From the IMG/VR virus record IMGVR_UViG_3300044448_000433, positions 1 through 27,217 of that record: DNA of 27,217 nt. One strand, 5' to 3'. Origin of the DNA: a virus (Duplodnaviria > Caudoviricetes). Shown here one piece after another: positions 1 through 5,449 of this stretch; position 1 is the stretch's first letter, and each line of letters starts with the position of its first letter. Made by a program: the position numbers and the translations under genes. A model generated the notes under the pieces. It was given only the letters and a program-made list of their open reading frames with translations. It was not told where the DNA came from and ran no database searches.

Positions 1-1
1 G

Positions 2-151
2 GAAATACAGTTCGTCATGGCATCGCAATCGGCATCGGCAATGCAGAAGTATGCCGGGCGTGGCGGTAAATCTCTCGTGATCGAACAGCTTGCCAAGAGT
101 GCGCTTTCCGTGAAAGGCGGAGCGGAAAGCCTCGCAGAAAAAACTAGTTGA
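2..151 (+). CDS. 3' end of a hypothetical protein (5'-truncated by window)
   Basis: Frame 2 is open from base 2 (EIQFVMASQSASAMQKYAGRGGKSLVIEQLAK...EKTS) to TGA 149-151 and is followed by a terminator. Confidence 0.55.
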   Translation, partial: EIQFVMASQSASAMQKYAGRGGKSLVIEQLAKSALSVKGGAESLAEKTS

Positions 152-179
152 CGCCGGAGACTCCCTGCCGGTAAAACTT

Positions 180-210
180 GGTCGTTCCCTTCGGGGGACG
201 GCCTTTTTTT
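180..210 (+). terminator. Rho-independent terminator
   Basis: GGTCGTTCCC-TTCG-GGGGACGGCC stem with a C(UUCG)G tetraloop, followed by T7. Confidence 0.9.
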
Positions 211-232
211 AATCCAATTAGGAGAACAGACT

Positions 233-595
233 ATGGCACGATTTAGCAAATCGCACTTTGAAACCGTCGCCCACGTACTGCGAACCAATTTGGCGCAGCT
301 AAAATACGACCTGAAATATAACGGCGACGAAGACAGCGAACTTGACGAAATATATGCCACCGCAACCGCACGCAATGCCATGTACAGCGTCGCGGTGGAT
401 TTCCACAACGTGTTCCGCTTGGACAATCCCCGGTATGACGCCGACAAGTTCATGGACGCTTGCGGTATGGATGACTGGCGCGACATGACGCAGGTTGAAG
501 ACTGGGACTTGCAACCCTACAAAGCCAAGCACGACGATGGCACATACTATGGCACGAAGTATTTCCCTGACTTTGACAATGGAAGGCAGGACTAA
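233..595 (+). CDS. Phage hypothetical protein with DNPR(Y/F)DxxKFxxACG motif
   Basis: AGGAG SD upstream; 120-aa ORF; motif recalled from small early phage proteins; stop overlaps the next start (TAATG). Confidence 0.8.
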   Translation: MARFSKSHFETVAHVLRTNLAQLKYDLKYNGDEDSELDEIYATATARNAMYSVAVDFHNVFRLDNPRYDADKFMDACGMDDWRDMTQVEDWDLQPYKAKHDDGTYYGTKYFPDFDNGRQD

Positions 596-693
596 TGGCT
601 AGCATCACCGCAAAGGATTATTTCTGGGTCTGCCTGCCGTTTCTGGTTGGCTTCCTCTTTGGCTGCATAACAGGATCGGAGCTTTTCTCATGA
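595..693 (+). CDS. 32-aa hydrophobic, single-TM-like peptide (not in ORF track)
   Basis: MASITAKDYFWVCLPFLVGFLFGCITGSELFS*; exactly fills the gap, coupled by TAATG upstream and ATGA downstream. Confidence 0.65.
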   Translation: MASITAKDYFWVCLPFLVGFLFGCITGSELFS

Positions 694-917
694 ACAAGCT
701 ATCCATTCACAACATCACCGCAATCACCATCGAAAAGGTTGGCTACGAACCAACCGACAACCATGACGCATTTACTGTTGTGAACATTACAGCAGAGGAT
801 AAGTTCGGGGCCAGAACTCGCCTTACCTGTTTCATGGAACCGAGCTATACCATCGACCTCGCTGGTTCCCCGCTGCACTTCGAGTGTGACCAGTGCGGCA
901 AGGCAGACGCTGCATAA
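690..917 (+). CDS. Hypothetical protein with C-terminal CxxC
   Basis: GGAG SD upstream; 75 aa; followed by a terminator. Confidence 0.7.
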   Translation: MNKLSIHNITAITIEKVGYEPTDNHDAFTVVNITAEDKFGARTRLTCFMEPSYTIDLAGSPLHFECDQCGKADAA

Positions 918-939
918 ACAACCCCTCCAGAATAAACTT

Positions 940-966
940 AGCCCCCTTTACCGGGGGCTTTTTTTT
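940..966 (+). terminator. Rho-independent terminator
   Basis: AGCCCCC-TTTACC-GGGGGCT stem followed by a T-run. Confidence 0.88.
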
Positions 967-1223
967 GCCTGCAATAATCCCTAGCGTCTGGATATCGCTG
1001 CGCTTTTGTGTGCTGGTTGCGGTTTTCCCTGCGCTGTATTGCACGCCCAGCCGCCATCGATGCACCACCAAAATGATCGCCGGGGGAATTTGTCGGAATG
1101 GTTAAAGCCGCGCGGGTGAGCCGACATGTTTAATTGGGGATCGCAGACCAATTAGCCGGGGTAAAAACCGCAAAAAACCGGGGTCGCACAGTGTATGTTA
1201 TGGCTACTAGTCAAACTTAATAA

Positions 1224-1353
1224 AAACAAAGACTTAGCCTACACGGGCGCGCAGGGGCCACCGGGGGTGGGTATATATCTGTATGCAACCCCGGTATATT
1301 TTTACTGTTTTTTACCTTTTCTAGAATAAATCTTCTTATTTTTCAATACCTTA
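1224..1353 (+). promoter_or_regulatory. Two IHF-like sites (1224-1236, 1341-1353)
   Basis: AAACAA-AGAC-TTA and TTTCAA-TACC-TTA, each one mismatch from WATCARNNNNTTR, each with AT-rich DNA on the 5' side. Confidence 0.35.
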
Positions 1354-1423
1354 TGGCCTAACAGGGCTAATTCCTTGTAATAAGGATTGCGTTTTTTTGG
1401 AATTTTTTTAGATTTGCTGGTCA

Positions 1424-1480
1424 TTTGGGTAATTATATTACAATTTTGGGTAATTATATTACAATGTGGGCTAATATTAA
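1424..1480. repeat. 21-bp tandem direct repeat, two exact copies plus a degenerate third
   Basis: TTTGGGTAATTATATTACAAT at 1424-1444 and 1445-1465, then GTGGGCTAATATTAA. Confidence 0.9.
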
Positions 1481-1524
1481 GGGGTAGGGGTATATATTAG
1501 CGGTGGGGAGAAGAGTTAACTCTT

Positions 1525-1552
1525 ATTATACACCTCATTTCAAATCTGTCAA
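1525..1552 (-). promoter_or_regulatory. Leftward sigma70-consensus promoter
   Basis: Minus strand reads TTGACA (1552-1547), 16-bp spacer, TATAAT (1530-1525). Confidence 0.65.
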
Positions 1553-1582
1553 GTAAAAAATGCACTAAATGTAATTTTTTTC

Positions 1583-1610
1583 TTGACAACCTTGATATAT
1601 TCGCTATAAT
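1583..1610 (+). promoter_or_regulatory. Rightward sigma70-consensus promoter heading the packaging operon
   Basis: TTGACA 1583-1588, 16-bp spacer, TATAAT 1605-1610, with an upstream A/T tract (UP-element-like). Confidence 0.85.
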
Positions 1611-1619
1611 ATATAGTTA

Positions 1620-1703
1620 GCAGCTATTAGTCTGTCTACACTCCATCAACAATATATATGTTTTTACAAATGGAGAGTGTTGAGATAAGACTGCTCTGGC
1701 TGC
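1620..1703 (+). other. Long imperfect hairpin in the 5' leader
   Basis: Nested pairings GCAGCT/GGCTGC, AGTCT/AGACT, GTCT/AGAT, ACACTCCAT/ATGG(AG)AGTGT, AACA/TGTT. Confidence 0.6.
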
Positions 1704-1722
1704 ATTTTCATAAAACATAACA

Positions 1723-1920
1723 ATGTCTCCATATCAAGGGCCTTACGGGGCGTATATCATGTTGAATAACACGGACAACAACTGTGTGGACTGCACCTGC
1801 GACGATCAGTCGTGTCATTGCGGCTCTGGTGGTTGTGATTCATGTTCCTGTGGCAAATGCAAGTGCAAGAACATGTACAAGAGTGATAAGTGGGGAGAAC
1901 CAACGGTGGAGATGGAATAA
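1723..1920 (+). CDS. Cys-rich metallothionein-like protein (alternative start ATG 1759)
   Basis: 10 Cys and 1 His in 28 residues (CVDCTCDDQSCHCGSGGCDSCSCGKCKC); first ORF after the promoter; stop overlaps the next ATG. Confidence 0.65.
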   Translation: MSPYQGPYGAYIMLNNTDNNCVDCTCDDQSCHCGSGGCDSCSCGKCKCKNMYKSDKWGEPTVEME

Positions 1921-2303
1921 TGGCTAATAAATTTTTAGAGAGTTTTAACAAAGCAAATGATAAGCTTTCTTTAAAAGATTTTAAATCTAAAACTGGAAAA
2001 GGGGGCTACTACCCTGCTAAGAAAAAGCTTCTTCTTAATGAAATTACAAAGCTAGGTAAAATTATTGGAAAAGGCGCTGATAAATCTGCTTACTATGCTA
2101 GAGACAATTTGCTAGAAAGATTAGATTCTGTTGAACAGGCGATGGGTTTACCTGAAGCAAAAACTCCCTTATCACAAATAGGAGAGTTGCGGCAGGGGCA
2201 GATAAGGAAAATGAGAAAAAGGAAAAAGAAAGCCGGTGGTGGTAAAGTTTACGCCATGAACCGTAGAACGGGCGGTTCCATTCGCAAACCGAGGATGAAA
2301 TAA
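1920..2303 (+). CDS. Basic hypothetical protein ending in GG..IRKPRMK tag (start revised from 1890 to ATG 1920)
   Basis: GGAG SD and TAATG coupling at 1918-1922; Lys/Arg-rich. Confidence 0.8.
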   Translation: MANKFLESFNKANDKLSLKDFKSKTGKGGYYPAKKKLLLNEITKLGKIIGKGADKSAYYARDNLLERLDSVEQAMGLPEAKTPLSQIGELRQGQIRKMRKRKKKAGGGKVYAMNRRTGGSIRKPRMK

Positions 2304-2922
2304 TGGCAGTACCTTTAATTTTACTTGGAATGGGAGTCGCTAGAATGGTTGCCGGCCCTCTAGCAAAACAACTCATTAAAGCAGGTGTTGGTAAGGCTGC
2401 ACCTAAAGGTGCTGAAACGGCTGGTAAAGCGATAAGCAAGATGGATGATCTTCCTTATATGGTAACAGCAAAATTAAAAAATCTTGATAAAGCTCCTAAA
2501 CTCAAAACTCCTAAGACGCCTAAACCTCCTAATACTAATACTGGGACTAAAAGAGGATCGTATGGGCGAACTAAAGCAATAAAAGCAAAAGAGGCTAGAG
2601 AAGGGCTAAAAAGTAGAACACAAAAAACTAGAGAACAGGTTGCTGCAGCGAAACCCAAAGCTCCTACAAAGACTTCCGTGCCAATACAAAAGCCCATGAG
2701 CGCAGAAGCAAGGGCAAAGATGGAAATTCAATTAGCTCGGCAGTCCGATGCGAAAATAAGTGGTGCAAGCCAGATTAGGGGGGCGATAAAAAAAACTCCC
2801 TCCGGACAAAAAGGAATGCGTCTCCCCGGCAAGGGGGAAACACCTAAACGTAGAATGGGTGGCAAAATCTACGCTCAGTCTCGTAACATGGGTGGACCTA
2901 TTCGCAAACCGAGGATGAAATA
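2280..2922 (+). repeat. Exact 23-bp dispersed repeat ATTCGCAAACCGAGGATGAAATA (2280-2302, 2900-2922); diverged copy near 5289-5311
   Basis: Direct comparison; encodes IRKPRMK plus the start of the stop codon, and contains GAGGA 7 nt before the next start codon. Confidence 0.9.
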
Positions 2923-2923
2923 G
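2303..2923 (+). CDS. Basic Lys/Pro-rich protein with hydrophobic N-terminus and C-terminal GG..IRKPRMK tag
   Basis: 206-aa ORF, coupled at both ends (TAATG, TAGTG). Confidence 0.85.
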   Translation: MAVPLILLGMGVARMVAGPLAKQLIKAGVGKAAPKGAETAGKAISKMDDLPYMVTAKLKNLDKAPKLKTPKTPKPPNTNTGTKRGSYGRTKAIKAKEAREGLKSRTQKTREQVAAAKPKAPTKTSVPIQKPMSAEARAKMEIQLARQSDAKISGASQIRGAIKKTPSGQKGMRLPGKGETPKRRMGGKIYAQSRNMGGPIRKPRMK

Positions 2924-3324
2924 TGGCTAGTAGAAGAAAAAAAACAATTGCCGGTATTACAGGCACTCCTGCAGAAAAACGTCGCGATAACCCCAAACCA
3001 AAAATAGACCCTGAAGAAGTTGCTCTCAAAAAGCAAATGGCTAAGGATAGCGCAGGGTGGAAGAAGTTTAGAAAAGATTTAGCAGCGGAAAGAAAGCTTC
3101 AAGAAGAAATGGGGGTGATTCGCAACACACGCCGTCATTTACAACCGGGAGGTGCTGAAGCTAAAGACGACCTTCTAGATTTAGGCGAGGCTATTAAAGA
3201 TAAAGAATTTTGGGATAAGAACAACCCCCGTGCGAGGAAGCAACGTGAAGTAAAACGGTTTCAAAAACGGTATCAGATGTCTCGTACCAAAACCGCCCCC
3301 GCCAAAAAGCCCCGGAAGAAGTAA
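2923..3324 (+). CDS. Basic hypothetical protein (GTG start)
   Basis: 133 aa, coupled at both ends, ends KKPRKK. Confidence 0.8.
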   Translation: MASRRKKTIAGITGTPAEKRRDNPKPKIDPEEVALKKQMAKDSAGWKKFRKDLAAERKLQEEMGVIRNTRRHLQPGGAEAKDDLLDLGEAIKDKEFWDKNNPRARKQREVKRFQKRYQMSRTKTAPAKKPRKK

Positions 3325-3722
3325 TGCCAGCCAAAGAACAACTCCAGCAAATCTCCAAGGAGCTAAACAAAGCCTCGCAGATGCACAAGCGGCAATCAAG
3401 GAAGGTAGCAGCGATTAGCCGTAAGGAGTATGCAAAGGGCGGTGGCGTCCGTAAGCCTAGGATGCCCAAGGGTTCAGGAATGAAGCGACCGACTAAACAG
3501 GGCGCTGGAATGACCGAGAAGGGTATCAAGGCTTATCGTGCGGCTAACCCCGGTTCCAAGCTAAAAGGTGCAGTGACCGGCAAGGTAAAGGCGGGGAGTA
3601 AAGCTGCAAAGAGGCGTAAGTCATACTGCGCCCGTTCTGCAGGACAGATGAAGAAGTTTCCTAAGGCAGCGGCTAATCCCAATAGCCGTATCAGACAAGC
3701 AAGAAAAAGGTGGAAGTGCTAA
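3324..3722 (+). CDS. Basic protein with internal GG tag and a C-terminal conserved marine-phage domain (DUF6321-like, from recall)
   Basis: GAGMTEKGIKAYRAANPGSKLK...RRKSYCARSAGQ...RQARKRWKC is a recognisable phage family; YAKGGGVRKPRM is internal. Confidence 0.8.
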   Translation: MPAKEQLQQISKELNKASQMHKRQSRKVAAISRKEYAKGGGVRKPRMPKGSGMKRPTKQGAGMTEKGIKAYRAANPGSKLKGAVTGKVKAGSKAAKRRKSYCARSAGQMKKFPKAAANPNSRIRQARKRWKC

Positions 3723-4123
3723 TGGCTAAAAAAAGAGGACTATACGATAACATTCACGCAAAGCGCAAACGCATAGCCGCTGGCTCTGGGGAGAAGATGC
3801 GTAAGGTAGGGGCTAAAGGTGCGCCTACTGCCAAGAACTTCAAGGAAGCTGCAAAGACGGCTAAGATGAATTATGGCGGAATGGTACAAACGGGCACCCC
3901 CGATAAAGATAAGATCATGGGTGCTGGCACCATGCAGCAAAACCCACAGCAAAGCCTCATGGAAATGAACCGTAACAGGGTTACGGGCATGAAGGGTGGC
4001 GGTAAGGTTCCGAATAAGATGAAGGGCTTTTCTAAGCTTCCTGAAAAGGTACAAAAAAAGATTAGCCCTAAGTTAGCCAAGCAATACGCTCATGGCGGTG
4101 GAGTGCGTAAAGTACGTTACTGA
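3722..4123 (+). CDS. Basic protein with conserved GLYxNIHAKRKRI N-terminal domain and three GG motifs (start revised from 3710 to ATG 3722)
   Basis: TAATG coupling; N-terminal ~48 aa resemble a common small phage protein; contains MNYGG, MKGGG and YAHGGGVRKVRY*. Confidence 0.85.
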   Translation: MAKKRGLYDNIHAKRKRIAAGSGEKMRKVGAKGAPTAKNFKEAAKTAKMNYGGMVQTGTPDKDKIMGAGTMQQNPQQSLMEMNRNRVTGMKGGGKVPNKMKGFSKLPEKVQKKISPKLAKQYAHGGGVRKVRY

Positions 4124-4551
4124 TGGCACAGGAAGGACTCCTACCCGCACAGAAGAAAAAAAAGCGCCAGCTAACGGAAAAACAGCTTGCGTATCTTGAT
4201 GCACTCATGGATAATGGTGGTAACAACGCTGCAGCACTGCGTGTAGCCGGTTACTGCGAAACCACGGGTAAAGCAGTTATGAACTCTCTAGCCGATGAAA
4301 TCGTACAGAGAGCAAAGAACATGTTAGCCGCTAACTCTGTAAAAGCAGCAGCGGGTCTGGTAAATGCACTGGACGATGACGGAACAACCCCACGCGCTGA
4401 ACAGCGTATAAAGGCAGCGGAGTCTATCCTCAATCGGGTAGGAGTGGGCAAACATGATAAGGTTGAACATAATGTTACTGCTATACACGGAGTGGTTCTT
4501 CTCCCCGCAAAGTCGGGGCAAGTGGACCCTGTTATCATAGACCATGAGTAA
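4123..4551 (+). CDS. terS: Probable terminase small subunit
   Basis: N-terminal HTH-like LTEKQLAYLDAL...AAALRVAGY, helical middle, AAESILNRVG motif; lies upstream of TerL. Confidence 0.7.
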   Translation: MAQEGLLPAQKKKKRQLTEKQLAYLDALMDNGGNNAAALRVAGYCETTGKAVMNSLADEIVQRAKNMLAANSVKAAAGLVNALDDDGTTPRAEQRIKAAESILNRVGVGKHDKVEHNVTAIHGVVLLPAKSGQVDPVIIDHE

Positions 4552-4732
4552 AATCTTCGTAGAAGTTAAACTTTCACGAACCAGAAAACCCCTTAGCTAC
4601 CCCTGCTACATCCGTGGCAAGGGTAAGTTTTATAAAACTGTAGAGGTAAAGCTCGTAGAGGACTTTATTGTAAAGGCATATGCAATAGACCGTGGGCTAA
4701 TCTTGGAAAATCACAGAGCGCAAAATGGCTGA
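4544..4732 (+). CDS. Small hypothetical protein
   Basis: 62 aa; overlaps both neighbours by 8 nt and fills the operon gap. Confidence 0.55.
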   Translation: MSKIFVEVKLSRTRKPLSYPCYIRGKGKFYKTVEVKLVEDFIVKAYAIDRGLILENHRAQNG

Positions 4733-5312
4733 TAGACAAAAACAACAAGTAAGAGAAGCCGTCCGTGCAATCAGAGACGGACTCAAGTATCAGCTTGATC
4801 AATCTGACAAGCTAGGAGAAACAGCTTTTACCGCTCGTTCGCGAGATATTGGTATTACCAATCCTGATATACAAAAAGAGATAACCAAAAGGCAAGTAGC
4901 AAAAGGCGCTATGGGCGCTGCTTATGTAGCTGCAGATGTTTTTCTTAACCCGGAGAACTATACGCCAGAAGCATTAAAGGATAAAGCATCCAGAGATGCA
5001 CTTGAAGCGATTACACGACAAGGCGAGAAAGTTCTTAATAAACAACTACCACAGGGATTAAATATAAACATTGACTACAAGGGTTTGGGGTTTGGAGATG
5101 TAGCGGAGGGAAGACTGCCCGCTGTAGGAGCGAGGTATGAAAAGCCTGTCGAGCTAGGCGGATTTAAAGGGACTGCAGGTATTAGTGGTCGCTATGACCC
5201 AGAAAGTAAAGGGTATGAGGTGGGCGCTAGAGTTACAGGGCGATTTGCAAAAGGCGGCAAAGTTAAAAAATACGCAAAAGGCGGTGGGATTCGTAAACCG
5301 AAACTAAAATAA
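4725..5312 (+). CDS. Hypothetical protein with double C-terminal GG tag (FAKGGKVKKYAKGGGIRKPKLK)
   Basis: 195-aa ORF; shares the tag with the upstream genes. Confidence 0.85.
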   Translation: MADRQKQQVREAVRAIRDGLKYQLDQSDKLGETAFTARSRDIGITNPDIQKEITKRQVAKGAMGAAYVAADVFLNPENYTPEALKDKASRDALEAITRQGEKVLNKQLPQGLNINIDYKGLGFGDVAEGRLPAVGARYEKPVELGGFKGTAGISGRYDPESKGYEVGARVTGRFAKGGKVKKYAKGGGIRKPKLK

Positions 5313-5449
5313 TGGCAGTAAAAAAGAGAAAGACAGCAGGAAATACCAAGGTAGTATTTCATAAAGGTAAAACACTTGGACGATTTAGATCACCAGAGCG
5401 AAGGCATAGAAAGAATATCCGAAGAAAGCCACCCGCCTTTGGTGGATAA
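5312..5449 (+). CDS. 45-aa basic peptide ending in FGG (not in ORF track)
   Basis: MAVKKRKTAGNTKVVFHKGKTLGRFRSPERRHRKNIRRKPPAFGG*; TAATG-coupled; its 3' end overlaps GTG 5442, which is in frame with TerL. Confidence 0.6.
   Translation: MAVKKRKTAGNTKVVFHKGKTLGRFRSPERRHRKNIRRKPPAFGG

Noticed and set aside
832-1105. ORFs 893..1105 (+) and 832..1071 (-)
   Set aside because: Both span the terminator at 940-966, lack an evident SD and have no protein-like features.
1424-1480. Possible CRISPR array
   Set aside because: The repeats are directly adjacent with no spacers, only two exact copies exist, and no cas genes are present.
5376-5441. TerL start at TTG 5376 as given in the ORF track
   Set aside because: It overlaps a better-supported coupled 45-aa ORF. 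GTG 5442 fits the operon's overlap pattern, though this is not proven.
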